Counted from the first letter of the stretch, positions 18,685 to 28,331 are shown. The stretch is 54,771 nt of DNA from Steroidobacter sp. (GCA_050738395.1 JBOHZJ010000490.1:1-54771), one strand, 5' to 3'. Translations and numbers: made by a program. Notes: generated by a model from the letters alone, not told the origin.

Positions 18685-19785
18685 ATGCGCACCAGAAGAG
18701 ATTTCATCGCGGCCGGCTCATTGGCGGTGGGCGCGGCCGTCCTGTCATCGCAGACGTTGGCCGCGGCGCCGAAGGTCAATCGACGGATCGTGCTCGCCAG
18801 ACGACCGCAGGGCGAACCGACGGCTGCTGACTTCCGCCTGGAGGAAGCGCCGATTCCTGAGCTGAAGGACGGCGAGATATTGCTGCAGACCGTCTATCTC
18901 TCGCTCGACCCCTATATGCGCGGTCGCATGAGCGAGGGGCCGTCGTACGCAGCTGCGGCTGAACTCGGGCAGGTGATGGTCGGCGGAACGGTGTCACGCG
19001 TACTGGCGTCGCGCAATCCGCGCGCCACGGAAGGCGATCTCGTCTCTGCCTACAGCGGCTGGCAGGAATACGAAGTCTCGAAAGGTCTCGGGCTGTCGAA
19101 GCTCGACCCGAGAATTCCCAAACCGTCTTATGCACTCGGCGTGCTCGGTATGCCTGGACTCACGGCCTATGTCGGCTTGCTCGATCTCGGTCAGCCGAAG
19201 GCGGGCGAAACGCTGGTGGTCGCGGCCGCCACGGGCGCGGTGGGTTCTGTCGTCGGCCAGATCGCGAAGATCAAGGGCCTGCGTGCGGTCGGGATCGCGG
19301 GCGGTAAGACCAAGTGCGATTACGCCGTGAAGGAGCTGGGGTTCGACGCCTGCATCGATCATCGCGACCCCAACATGCCGGCGCAGCTCAAAGAGGCGTG
19401 CCCGAAAGGGATCGACGTCTATTTCGAAAACGTCGGCGGTGCGGTCTGGGATGCGGTGCTGCCGCTTCTCAATACGCACTCACGTGTACCGTTGTGCGGA
19501 TTGATTGCGCAGTACAACGCAACCAGCCTCCCGCCTGGACCGGATCGCAGCTCTCAATTGATGGGTGCGTTCCTGGTGAAACAGATCAAGGTGCAGGGCT
19601 TCATCATCTCGAATTACTTCAATCGACAGGCCGCGTTCGTGGAAGACATGAGCCAGTGGATGCGTGACGGTCGAATCAAGTATCGCGAGGACATCACCCA
19701 GGGACTGGAGAACGCACCGCAGGCGTTCATGGGTCTGTTCAAAGGCAGCAACTTCGGAAAGCTGCTGGTGCAGGTCAGCGAATAA
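18685..19785 (+). CDS. NADP-dependent oxidoreductase (CurA/YncB, prostaglandin-reductase-like MDR) with twin-arginine leader
   Basis: YLSLDPYMRGRM, LGMPGLTAY, AATGAVGS, GIDVYFENVGG, NFGKLLV; N-terminal TRRDFIA. Confidence 0.92.
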   Translation: MRTRRDFIAAGSLAVGAAVLSSQTLAAAPKVNRRIVLARRPQGEPTAADFRLEEAPIPELKDGEILLQTVYLSLDPYMRGRMSEGPSYAAAAELGQVMVGGTVSRVLASRNPRATEGDLVSAYSGWQEYEVSKGLGLSKLDPRIPKPSYALGVLGMPGLTAYVGLLDLGQPKAGETLVVAAATGAVGSVVGQIAKIKGLRAVGIAGGKTKCDYAVKELGFDACIDHRDPNMPAQLKEACPKGIDVYFENVGGAVWDAVLPLLNTHSRVPLCGLIAQYNATSLPPGPDRSSQLMGAFLVKQIKVQGFIISNYFNRQAAFVEDMSQWMRDGRIKYREDITQGLENAPQAFMGLFKGSNFGKLLVQVSE

Positions 19786-19796
19786 GAAATAACCGC

Positions 19797-19974
19797 GGCC
19801 TGTGGCGGCAGGAGGCCTCCGCAGGAGGGATCAAATGACCGCCTTCGACAAGTAGCCTTTCGCAGGAGGGCCACTGGCAAGTAGGCGTTCGGCAAGACCG
19901 GACTGTGACGTCATTCTGGCCGGCCGAAGGCCTTCGTGCGGAGCTTTCCTGCGGATGCCGTCTTGCCGTAGGCC
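19797..19974. repeat. Inverted element built of degenerate 13-15-mer GCA(G/A)GAnGGC units
   Basis: GGCC..CGGCAGGAGGCCTCCGCAGGA at left and TCCTGCGGATGCCGTCTTGCCGTAGGCC at right; 15-nt period across 19847-19903. Confidence 0.6.
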
Positions 19975-19993
19975 GTCATTGTCTGGCTGATTC

Positions 19994-21220
19994 ATGCTCA
20001 CCCGCACCCACAAGATCACCCTGCTAGTCGCGCTCTATCTCGCACAGGGCCTGCCCTATGGATTCTTCACGCTGGCGCTGCCCGTGTTGCTGCGCGAAGC
20101 GGGCTTTTCGCTCAAGGCGATCAGCCTGCTGAGTCTGGCGGCGCTCCCCTGGGCGCTGAAGTTTCTGTGGGCGCCGTATCTCGATCACCTTGGTACGCGG
20201 CGCAGCTGGCTGCTGTTCCTGCAGTTCTCTTCGATCATCGCCGCGCTCGTACTCACACAGCTCGATCTGGACAGCAACTACGCCGCACTCATCGTTGCGG
20301 CGTTTACGTTCAACATCATTGCGGCGTCACAGGATGTCGTCACCGATGGACTCGCGGTGCGCTTGCTGGATGCGCGCGAACGCGGTCTCGCGAACGCCAT
20401 TCAGGTCGGCGCCTATCGCCTGGGCATGATTCTGGGCGGCGGCCTGTTGCTGTGGTTGTTCGCGAAGACCAGCTGGACGGTGATGTTCTCCTGCATGGCG
20501 GCGTTGCTCGCGCTCACCGTGCTGCCGGTCTTGTGGCTGCATGAATCGCCGCGATCTGCCGAGACAACGCATCTGAGCGCAGCGCAACTGTCTGTCGGCT
20601 GGGCCACGCGTCTATTCGCACCGGGCATGTTGGGCTTCATCGGGCTCATCGTCTGCTATCGCTTCGGCGATCAGATGGTGACGTCGCTGCTGGGTCCGTT
20701 CCTGCGCGATTCCGGGCTGACGAAGGAAACGATCGCGGTCATGAAAGGTACGGTGGGATCGGCGACCAGCTTGATTGGCGCACTCATCGGCGGCTGGCTC
20801 GCGTTCGCTGCCGGGCGGCGTACTGCCGTGCTCTTCAGCGGCGTGTCGCAGGCGGCGTGCTTCCTGCTTTACATCGTCGCTGCGCTGGGCGTCGGCGGTG
20901 TGAATCTGCTGTGGGCTGCAACCATCATCGAAGGCGTGCTGGGCACGATGGCGACCGTCGCCTTGTTCACGCTGATGATGGACGCCTCGGAACCCGAGCA
21001 TGCCGGAACGGACTACACCCTGTTTGCGAGCGTGGTCGTGCTGGTCAGCAGCGTCGGAAATTTTACGAGCGCCTCGATTGCAGACGCGTTTGGCTATGCG
21101 CCGACATTCATCATCGGCGCCGTGCTCGCGTTGCTCGGTTGTCTGCTGGTCGTGCGGAGTCTCGATCGAAGCGCTCGTCCGGCGCGCGTGGCGCAGGTGT
21201 GGAATGGGCCGACTGGCTAA
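19994..21220 (+). CDS. MFS transporter, AmpG/RhtX/FptX-like
   Basis: LYLAQGLPYGF, LPWALKFLWAP, ASQDVVTDGLAV, HAGTDYT. Confidence 0.9.
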   Translation: MLTRTHKITLLVALYLAQGLPYGFFTLALPVLLREAGFSLKAISLLSLAALPWALKFLWAPYLDHLGTRRSWLLFLQFSSIIAALVLTQLDLDSNYAALIVAAFTFNIIAASQDVVTDGLAVRLLDARERGLANAIQVGAYRLGMILGGGLLLWLFAKTSWTVMFSCMAALLALTVLPVLWLHESPRSAETTHLSAAQLSVGWATRLFAPGMLGFIGLIVCYRFGDQMVTSLLGPFLRDSGLTKETIAVMKGTVGSATSLIGALIGGWLAFAAGRRTAVLFSGVSQAACFLLYIVAALGVGGVNLLWAATIIEGVLGTMATVALFTLMMDASEPEHAGTDYTLFASVVVLVSSVGNFTSASIADAFGYAPTFIIGAVLALLGCLLVVRSLDRSARPARVAQVWNGPTG

Positions 21221-21315
21221 CTGGCCGACGGGTCCGACGGGTCGGCTGGCCAGAAGGGCAGATCTGTCTTCAACTCGGGCCAGCTTGCCAGTTAGCCAGC
21301 TTGCCAGTGAGCCGA
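21206..21315. repeat. Inverted octamer tandem-repeat element between convergent genes
   Basis: CTGGCTAA CTGGCCGA ... GCCAGCTT GCCAGTTA GCCAGCTT GCCAGTGA. Confidence 0.75.
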
Positions 21316-21316
21316 T

Positions 21317-23149
21317 TCACACCACCACCACGCTTCCCGGCAGTTCGACGTGAAACGTCGCGCCCTCGCCGGGCTTGCTTTCCGCCCACACGCGTCCGCC
21401 GACGCGTTCGATCGCCTTGCGCACCAGCGCAAGTCCAATGCCTGTGCCGGGATACTGATCGTCGCGATGCAGCCGCTGGAAGATCTTGAAGATGTGATCG
21501 TGAAATTCCATGTCGAAGCCGATGCCGTTGTCGGCGAATGTGAGATGGGCTCCCGCGCCGCTGCGGCGAGCTGCGATCTCGATGCGAGGTTGCTCGCGCT
21601 CGCGCGTGTACTTGAGCGCGTTCTCGAACAGATTGCGCAGCGCCAGTGCGAGGCCGTCAGCGTCTGCGCGCAAGGTGATCGGCTCGATCGTGATGTCGAG
21701 CGTGATCCGGCGGCGCTGGATCTCATCGGAATAAGGCGCGACGACGGAGTCGATGAGCGTTGGCAATGCAATGACCCTCGCCTGCAGCCCACGCCGATCG
21801 ATGTGCGAATAGGCAAGCAGATCGTCGATGAGCGTCGCCATTTTGAGCGAGCCGTTGCGGATGCGCGCCAGTTGGTCGCGAGCGGCGCCGGTGAGCTGCG
21901 GATCGAGTTCTGCTTCGAGCAGATGTGCGAAGCCATTGATCGTGCGCAGCGGCGCTTTCAGATCGTGCGCGACTGCATACGAAAAGCCTTCCAGGTCGTC
22001 GTACGCAGCCTTGAGCTGCGCAGTGCGTTCGGCGACGCGTTGTTCGAGCTCGGTGTTGAGCGTGCGATAGCGCGCTTCACTCAGGCGCAGTTCGGCGTTG
22101 GTCGCCTGCAGCTGCTCATTGGTCGAGACGAGCTGTGATGTAAGTAGCTGCGACTCGTTCTGAATCCACGCCTCACGCGCGCCCAACATGATCGCAAACA
22201 GGATGAACAGCGCCGCCGCGAGATAGATCGCGCGCGGCGTGAGCGTGAGAGAGCTGCTGACGGCGACGACCACCATGATGATGATGAGCAGCGCCGGGAT
22301 GACCGCTTCCAGCCAGCGCTCCCGCACCTGGATGCGCTGCGCGAGGCCGGTGTGCTGCACTCGCCGCGAGCGACGCTGTTCGCGGGCCGCGACGGCGATC
22401 AGGCCGAACATCACCAGCCAGCTTGCGTTGATCAGATCATCCGGCAAGTAGCTGCGCGTGAGCAGAGAATGCGCATAGATGAGATTCGACACCGCGTAGA
22501 TGCTTGCTGCGACCGTGAGCAGCAGCATCGGCGTCCAGCTCAGGCCCCACCGATAAGTCCACAAGGCATAGAGCGACACCAGAAACGTCGCGGCGACCAG
22601 CGCAGTGTGCGCAAGCGCGATCCACAGATAGAACGCAGGCACATCGATCTGCAGCGCCGGCTCGAGTATACCCAGCGTGACCGTAACCGCGAGACAGCAA
22701 CTGACCAGCCCGATGTTGCCGAAAGTCTTGAAGGTGAACGGCGCGCTCTGGCGCGATGCCGGCAGCTGCAGCACGGCTGCGATCGCGAAAACGGCGAAGG
22801 CGCTATAGAAGACCTGGCCGATGCTGGGGAACGGCAGCTGCACGCCGAGCACCAGCTGGCTGTAGTTCCAGTGCATCTGGCCGACGAACCAGCTCGTACA
22901 TCCCACGGTGAGCAGGAACCATGCGCGACGTCTCAAACCCTCGACAGCGCGCGCCGTCTGAAAGCAGGTGAGCGCGGCCAGGATCGACGCGAGCGTCCAG
23001 GCGACATCGTTGATCCAGATCACCATGCGCTCGGCCGCGATCAGTACGGCGGCGCAATACAGCACGAGCCCCGCCGTCCATGCATACGCGAGCGCCCAGC
23101 GCGATTGGAATCCCTTCAGCATTGGCTCTCTCGCGGCCACTTCCATCAT
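21317..23149 (-). CDS. Multi-TM sensor histidine kinase
   Basis: About 10 TMs, coiled coil, FSYAVAHDLKAPLR, NALKY, DNGIGF, GTGIGLA. Start uncertain (23149, 23146 or 23122). Confidence 0.9.
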   Translation of the reverse strand: MMEVAAREPMLKGFQSRWALAYAWTAGLVLYCAAVLIAAERMVIWINDVAWTLASILAALTCFQTARAVEGLRRRAWFLLTVGCTSWFVGQMHWNYSQLVLGVQLPFPSIGQVFYSAFAVFAIAAVLQLPASRQSAPFTFKTFGNIGLVSCCLAVTVTLGILEPALQIDVPAFYLWIALAHTALVAATFLVSLYALWTYRWGLSWTPMLLLTVAASIYAVSNLIYAHSLLTRSYLPDDLINASWLVMFGLIAVAAREQRRSRRVQHTGLAQRIQVRERWLEAVIPALLIIIMVVVAVSSSLTLTPRAIYLAAALFILFAIMLGAREAWIQNESQLLTSQLVSTNEQLQATNAELRLSEARYRTLNTELEQRVAERTAQLKAAYDDLEGFSYAVAHDLKAPLRTINGFAHLLEAELDPQLTGAARDQLARIRNGSLKMATLIDDLLAYSHIDRRGLQARVIALPTLIDSVVAPYSDEIQRRRITLDITIEPITLRADADGLALALRNLFENALKYTREREQPRIEIAARRSGAGAHLTFADNGIGFDMEFHDHIFKIFQRLHRDDQYPGTGIGLALVRKAIERVGGRVWAESKPGEGATFHVELPGSVVVV

Positions 23150-23256
23150 GTTCAGTATGCTCTTGCGCGTCGGCGGCTGGCGACGCTCGCCTCGCGAGCT
23201 GGCCCTGCTAGCCGCCCTGAAAATCGTGTAGTACAAGGTGGGTACGGACGAATTAC

Positions 23257-24855
23257 ATGAGTTTACCTATGAGCTGGCAGATACGCGGGTTCAGCGTCGT
23301 CACTTCCCTGATGATGCTGGTCGGCTGCGGAGGCGGTGGGGGCGGCGGCGGCAATGCTCCGCTTAACCCGCCGACGTCAGGCAGCGTGCCGTATACGCCG
23401 GGCGTGTATCAACCATCGAGCGGTCTTGCCGCGCAATGCGTGGCGCCCCGCAGCGGTACGGACCCTCGCAGTGGCCGCGCCTGGCCCGATCGGCAAGGAT
23501 CGGTTGCCAGCGAGAATAATTACCTGCGGTCGTGGACGAACGAATTGTATCTCTGGTATCGCGAAGTACCGGATCTCAATCCGTCGAACACCAACGACAC
23601 GTTGAACTACTTTGATCTGCTCAGGACCAGCGCGACGACCCCAAGCGGGCAGGATAAGGACAAGTTCCATTTCACATATGACACCGATGACTGGATCGCG
23701 CTGTCAGAGTCTGGCGTCGAGGCCGGATATGGAGCGGAGTGGTTTCTCGCGTCAACGACGCCGCCGCGGCGCATCATCGTCGCCTACACCGAACCCGGTT
23801 CGCCGGCGGCGTCAGGGAATCTCACCCGCGGCGCCGAGGTACTCAGAATCGACGGGATAGACGCGGTGAACGGCAATACACAGGCCATCGTCGATACGCT
23901 CATAGCAGGGCTCTTTCCGGAAGGAATCAACGAAGCGCATACCTTCGAGATTCGCGAACTGAACGGTTCGCCCCGCACCGTCACGCTGACGTCCGCAGAG
24001 GTGACATCGGCGCCGGTGCCCGTCTTCAAGACGATTGGATCGGTCGGCTACCTGCTTTTCAACGACCACATCGCAACGTCTGAGCCCGCCCTGATCAATG
24101 CGGTGAATACGCTTCGTAACCAGAGCATCACTGACCTCGTACTCGACATCCGCTACAACGGCGGCGGCTTTCTCGACATCGCAAGCGAGCTCGCTTACAT
24201 GATCGGCGGGACGAGAACGGCAGGCCGCACGTTCGAACGCCTGGTGTTCAATGACAAGCATCCGAGTACGAATCCGGTTACCGGCCAGGCGCTGACGCCG
24301 ACGCCTTTTCACACTACAAATCAATTCATAGCACCGACTGGACAGGCGTTGCCGACGCTCGACCTGCCGCGCGTGTATGTGTTGACAGGTCCAAACACCT
24401 GCTCCGCCAGCGAAGCGATCATCAACAGTCTGCGCGGCGTCAACGTCGAGGTTTACCAGATCGGCTCTACGACTTGCGGCAAGCCCTATGGCTTCTATCC
24501 GCAGGACAATTGCGGCACGACCTACTTCTCAATCCAATTCCAGGGGAACAACGAGCTGGGCTTCGGCAACTACCCGGACGGCTTCTCTCCCAACAATACG
24601 AGCGGACAGGCCGGCGAACGCATTCCCGGTTGTTCAGTTGCCGACGACTTCACGCATCCGCTGGGCGACCCAGCGGAAGCCAGACTCGCCGCGGCGCTCG
24701 CATTCCGCGCTGGGAATAACCAGGCGTCCGCCTGTCCCGCAGCGACCGGCTTTGCTCCGGGCGTGCAGACGAAGCCAGGTCAGCCGCTCTACATCGCCGA
24801 CGGCGTGATGCTGAAATCCCCGGCGCGCGAGAACCGCATTCTCAGAGACATGTGA
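23257..24855 (+). CDS. S41 family peptidase, lipoprotein with PDZ domain
   Basis: Lipobox LVGC plus Gly run, YLWY, LVLDIRYNGGG, TCSASE, GKPYG. Confidence 0.9.
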   Translation: MSLPMSWQIRGFSVVTSLMMLVGCGGGGGGGGNAPLNPPTSGSVPYTPGVYQPSSGLAAQCVAPRSGTDPRSGRAWPDRQGSVASENNYLRSWTNELYLWYREVPDLNPSNTNDTLNYFDLLRTSATTPSGQDKDKFHFTYDTDDWIALSESGVEAGYGAEWFLASTTPPRRIIVAYTEPGSPAASGNLTRGAEVLRIDGIDAVNGNTQAIVDTLIAGLFPEGINEAHTFEIRELNGSPRTVTLTSAEVTSAPVPVFKTIGSVGYLLFNDHIATSEPALINAVNTLRNQSITDLVLDIRYNGGGFLDIASELAYMIGGTRTAGRTFERLVFNDKHPSTNPVTGQALTPTPFHTTNQFIAPTGQALPTLDLPRVYVLTGPNTCSASEAIINSLRGVNVEVYQIGSTTCGKPYGFYPQDNCGTTYFSIQFQGNNELGFGNYPDGFSPNNTSGQAGERIPGCSVADDFTHPLGDPAEARLAAALAFRAGNNQASACPAATGFAPGVQTKPGQPLYIADGVMLKSPARENRILRDM

Positions 24856-25220
24856 TGCGCGCTGCGCGACTGATCGCCTGTACTTTGCTGGCGTCCGGGT
24901 GTGCGTCCATCGCGAAGCCGGATACGCCGGCGGTGATCGTCGATCCGACCGCCGACAGTCGCATCGAACTTCACCGGGTTGTGACGGACGCTTTGCATCG
25001 CAACGACGTCACGCTCGCAGGCGATGCCCTGACTCGTGAGAGTCTGCTCATCATCGAGCGCACGCCTGCCCGCGATTCGACAGGTCAGCGCCTCAGCGGC
25101 CGCGAGTTCGGCAAACCCGAGCAATTCCAGCTCGTCATGAGCGGTGCCCGGTGCATGCTGATACACCAATCGAGCGGGCGGCGATACGAACTTACACAGA
25201 CGCGCTGCAAGGGCGTCTGA
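24855..25220 (+). CDS. Hypothetical lipoprotein coupled to the S41 peptidase
   Basis: Lipobox LASGC; ATG overlaps the upstream TGA. Confidence 0.7.
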   Translation: MRAARLIACTLLASGCASIAKPDTPAVIVDPTADSRIELHRVVTDALHRNDVTLAGDALTRESLLIIERTPARDSTGQRLSGREFGKPEQFQLVMSGARCMLIHQSSGRRYELTQTRCKGV

Positions 25221-25248
25221 ACTGTCAGCGAGCGGCGAAATCCTTTCC

Positions 25249-25710
25249 GTGAAATTGCTGGAACTGAAGATACCGCCGTTGATTCTCCTACTGCTCGCGG
25301 CGGCGGCCATGTGGTTGGTTTCGTCGTTCGTTCCAGCATGGCGATTTGATTTCGATGGCCGCACATTGGCCGCTATCAGTCTCGCCGTCGCGGGAGTATG
25401 CGTCACAGCCGCAGGCGTAGTTTCCTTCCGGCGCGCCGGCACGACAGTGAATCCGATGAAGCCAGATGATGCGTCCGCGCTCGTCGACACCGGAATTTAT
25501 CGCTACACACGCAATCCGATGTATCTCGGATTTCTACTCGCATTGCTTGGCTGGGGAGTATTTCTGGCCAACCCAGCGGCTCTCGTTGTCGCGCCGCTGT
25601 TCGTGCTCTACATGAATCGCTTTCAGATCACGCCCGAGGAACGCGCGCTCGGTCAGATGTTTGGTCCGACATTCCAAACCTATCGTCGGCGCGTGCGTCG
25701 CTGGTTATGA
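25249..25710 (+). CDS. Isoprenylcysteine carboxylmethyltransferase / PEMT family membrane protein
   Basis: FRRAGTTVNP, LVDTGIYRYTRNPMYLG, QITPEERAL, YRRRVRRWL. Confidence 0.92.
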   Translation: MKLLELKIPPLILLLLAAAAMWLVSSFVPAWRFDFDGRTLAAISLAVAGVCVTAAGVVSFRRAGTTVNPMKPDDASALVDTGIYRYTRNPMYLGFLLALLGWGVFLANPAALVVAPLFVLYMNRFQITPEERALGQMFGPTFQTYRRRVRRWL

Positions 25711-25744
25711 AACTGACGGTCGCGGCTCAAGCGGGGCGTTGGGC
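25703..25744 (+). other. attC-like site, right half only
   Basis: GCGGCTCAAGCGGGGC followed by core GTTGGGC (GTTRRRY) at 25738-25744. Confidence 0.55.
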
Positions 25745-25753
25745 CGGCAAGGG

Positions 25754-26152
25754 ATGGAGATGAATCGTGAAGATCGTTTTGGCTGCGATCATTGCTGGCC
25801 GGAGTCTGCGGACGGCGCATGGCAAATGCGCTCAAGGCTCGAGCGCCGAACCGAGCTGATTGACGAGTCGCACTTTCGCGTCATGCTTCTCGCTTGCAAT
25901 AGCTGCGCTCAGCGTTTCCTCTCCGTGTTCTTTGAATCAATTGATTGGGAAGACGGTGAGGACCCTCAGGCATGGACGCTCATTCCCATCACTGCAACGG
26001 AAGAAAGTGGATTGGTAAAGGCAGGTCCTGCTCTGGTGGAAGCGCTCCGTTCATTGGGAGCGGACCGCCGCAGTCTTCAGCGTGACTACCCTAAAGGTCG
26101 CAACCCCGCTTCGTGCTGGGGGCAGGGCATTTTGGTCAGGCCACATGATTGA
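25754..26152 (+). CDS. Hypothetical cassette protein with two CxxC motifs
   Basis: GCDHCW and CNSC; ATG at 25754 or 25760 just after the GTTGGGC core. Confidence 0.7.
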   Translation: MEMNREDRFGCDHCWPESADGAWQMRSRLERRTELIDESHFRVMLLACNSCAQRFLSVFFESIDWEDGEDPQAWTLIPITATEESGLVKAGPALVEALRSLGADRRSLQRDYPKGRNPASCWGQGILVRPHD

Positions 26153-26186
26153 TTCCCTGACGTTCACTCTTGAGGCCCAGCAACCG

Positions 26187-26246
26187 CAGGATATTCTGAG
26201 CGCCGTTGCAGAGTGGCTCCAGAAGGAATATGGAAAGCAGTCCTGA
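26187..26246 (+). pseudogene. 3' remnant of a deleted cassette gene
   Basis: Startless reading QDILSAVAEWLQKEYGKQS* ends inside the R'' box of the next attC-like site and is fused to a truncated attC left arm (GCCCAGCAACCGC, 26175-26187). Confidence 0.45.
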
Positions 26247-26300
26247 CAACCGCTTCGAGTTCGCGCCCTGCAACGCCCGACTCGAGCGGAGCGTTTAGAT
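26241..26300 (+). other. Degenerate attC site
   Basis: TCCTGAC-AA-CCGCTTCGAG ... CTCGAGCGG-AGC-GTTTAGAT; one extra base in the left arm; 60 bp. Confidence 0.7.
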
Positions 26301-26341
26301 GCATTCTGCATTTCCAATATCGTGATCTCTGAAGGAAGGGC

Positions 26342-27181
26342 ATGGCTGCAATTGTTCTCGACGGAAAGACCCTGGCGCGCCAGATAGAGGTGGACCTCTC
26401 TGCGCGCGTTCGGGCAATCAGGGTACGGAACAACAGCGCGCCGATCCTGGCGACGATCCTGGTCGGGGACGATCCGTCTTCTGCTACTTACGTGAAGATG
26501 AAGGGCAACGCATGCCAACGGGTCGGGATGGAGTCACTGAGGATCGTGCTGCCACAAACTACAACTACAAGCGAACTCCTCGCGCAAATTGACGAACTCA
26601 ATTTCGATCCGCGGGTTCAAGGCATTCTGCTCCAGCATCCCGTCCCCTCACAGATCGACGAGCGGCAGTGCTTTGACCGAATCGCGCTCGAAAAGGACGT
26701 TGACGGCGTCACCGTGGGTGGTTTCGGTGCGATGGCCATGAATCAGCCGGCTTACCGTTCGGCGACGCCCGCCGGCATCATGAGGCTGTTGAATCACTAC
26801 GGCATTGATGTCCAGGGAAAGCACGCGGTCGTCGTAGGTCGTAGTCCAATCCTTGGAAAGCCCATCGCAATGATGCTGCTGAACGCCAACGCGACAGTGA
26901 CGACATGTCATTCAAGGACTCGGGGCCTATCTGATCTCGTGGGTCTGGCGGATGTTGTCGTCGGTGCTGTGGGTAGACCGAAATTCATCAAAGGTTCGTG
27001 GATCAAGGACGGCGCCGTAGTCATCGATGCTGGCTACCATCCTGGCGGCGTCGGCGATATAGAACTCTCAACGGTAATCGCGAGGTGTTTCGCTTATACG
27101 CCTGTCCCCGGCGGCGTTGGTCCGATGACTATCGCGACATTGATGGCCCAGACGGTAGAGGCGGCGGAAAAAAATATTTAA
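26342..27181 (+). CDS. folD: Bifunctional methylenetetrahydrofolate dehydrogenase/cyclohydrolase FolD
   Basis: [45 protein letters not shown]. Confidence 0.96.
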   Translation: MAAIVLDGKTLARQIEVDLSARVRAIRVRNNSAPILATILVGDDPSSATYVKMKGNACQRVGMESLRIVLPQTTTTSELLAQIDELNFDPRVQGILLQHPVPSQIDERQCFDRIALEKDVDGVTVGGFGAMAMNQPAYRSATPAGIMRLLNHYGIDVQGKHAVVVGRSPILGKPIAMMLLNANATVTTCHSRTRGLSDLVGLADVVVGAVGRPKFIKGSWIKDGAVVIDAGYHPGGVGDIELSTVIARCFAYTPVPGGVGPMTIATLMAQTVEAAEKNI

Positions 27182-27237
27182 CGAGCGAAGGGGTCCGCGC
27201 GCGCGAAACGCCCGCGCCCCTGACTCCGACGTTGTGC
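27176..27237 (+). other. attC-like site retaining both AAC and GTT
   Basis: ATTTAAC (contains the folD stop) ... AGGGG..CGCG / CGCGCCCCT ... GTTGTGC; 62 bp. Confidence 0.7.
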
Positions 27238-27251
27238 GTGAGAGGACGTGG

Positions 27252-27758
27252 ATGATCAGGCCTTACCGTAACTCAGATGTCGACGCCGTGGCGCTGCTGT
27301 TCACGGATTCGGTTCACCATCTCGCCAGCAACCATTACGATGCAGATCAACGTGCGGCCTGGGCGCCGCGCCCACCCGATCTTGATAGCTGGACGGCGCG
27401 GCTCGCTTCCCTCAGCACACTGGTGACTGAAGCGGACATGAAACTGGCGGGGTTTATCTCGTACGAACAGAACGGGCGCATAGACCTGTTGTATACCTCG
27501 CCTGGACATTCGCGCCGTGGAGTCGCATCGGCGCTATACCGCGAGGCGGAGGCGATCCTGGCTGGTAGCGGAGTTTCAGAACTCTTCACGGAAGCCAGCA
27601 TTGTGGCGCGTCCCGTTTTTGAGCGCTTCGGCTTCCAGGTCGCTGAAGAGCAGTGCGTCCGGCTCCGCGGAGTGCTATTTCGGCGGTATGCAATGCGCAA
27701 GTCACTTGTCGCACAGCAAGTGCTTCCAGACGGCGCGTGCAAAACCACGCGCGCCTGA
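27252..27758 (+). CDS. GNAT family N-acetyltransferase (YafP-like)
   Basis: YDADQRAAWAP, IDLLYTSPGHSRRGVASAL, EASIVARPVFERFGF. Confidence 0.9.
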   Translation: MIRPYRNSDVDAVALLFTDSVHHLASNHYDADQRAAWAPRPPDLDSWTARLASLSTLVTEADMKLAGFISYEQNGRIDLLYTSPGHSRRGVASALYREAEAILAGSGVSELFTEASIVARPVFERFGFQVAEEQCVRLRGVLFRRYAMRKSLVAQQVLPDGACKTTRA

Positions 27759-27773
27759 CGGATGGCGTCAGGT
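27711..27773 (+). other. Degenerate attC site
   Basis: GCACAGC (near-complement of upstream GTTGTGC) ... GCGCGTG-CAAAAC-CACGCGC ... GTCAGGT; 63 bp. Confidence 0.68.
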
Positions 27774-27906
27774 TCATTCGCGAGTCAGCGCTGGAAGATT
27801 CGGAAGCGCCGAGAGATTATTGTCTATGGCGCCAGGTAGAAGAAACCAGATGACCGCGCTTGTACTATTCGGCTATGAGCAGGCGAGCGTTTAGCTTCTG
27901 AAGCAC

Positions 27907-28209
27907 ATGAGTACCCGCAAACGTATCGTCCACGCCGACACGCCGGAAGGTAAGCTGGCCCGCGAGGCTATTCTCGAGGCCGTTGAGAATCAGCTGCGTG
28001 AGAATGACCCGCCGGAAACCGCATTGACGTTGGCGCGACTGATCAAGAGCGGAGAGTCGAAGGAGAACGCCATGCGCCTGATTGCATGCGCCGTGACGGT
28101 GGAGCTGTTCGAGGCTCTGAAGGGAAACGGATCATTCGACGAGACGCGCTATGTCGAGAACCTGCGAAGGTTGCCAGAATTGCCGTTCACAGAATCGGAT
28201 GAAATCTGA
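27907..28209 (+). CDS. Small alpha-helical hypothetical protein
   Basis: 100-aa ORF (EAVENQLRENDPPET); its stop lies in the R'' box of the next attC-like site. Confidence 0.8.
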   Translation: MSTRKRIVHADTPEGKLAREAILEAVENQLRENDPPETALTLARLIKSGESKENAMRLIACAVTVELFEALKGNGSFDETRYVENLRRLPELPFTESDEI

Positions 28210-28266
28210 CCCGGAATGGAGTTCGCACGCTGCGCACCGACTCGCGACTCATTCGGAGCGCTTGGT
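28204..28266 (+). other. Degenerate attC site
   Basis: ATCTGAC then CCGGAATGGAGTTCGC pairing with GCGACTCATTCGG via unpaired G/T bases; R' decayed to GCTTGGT. Confidence 0.7.
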
Positions 28267-28331
28267 TTTTCAGCCACGATCTGAGAATTGCACGGCAGTA
28301 GCCAGACCAACAATCAAGAGGAGAAACGACC

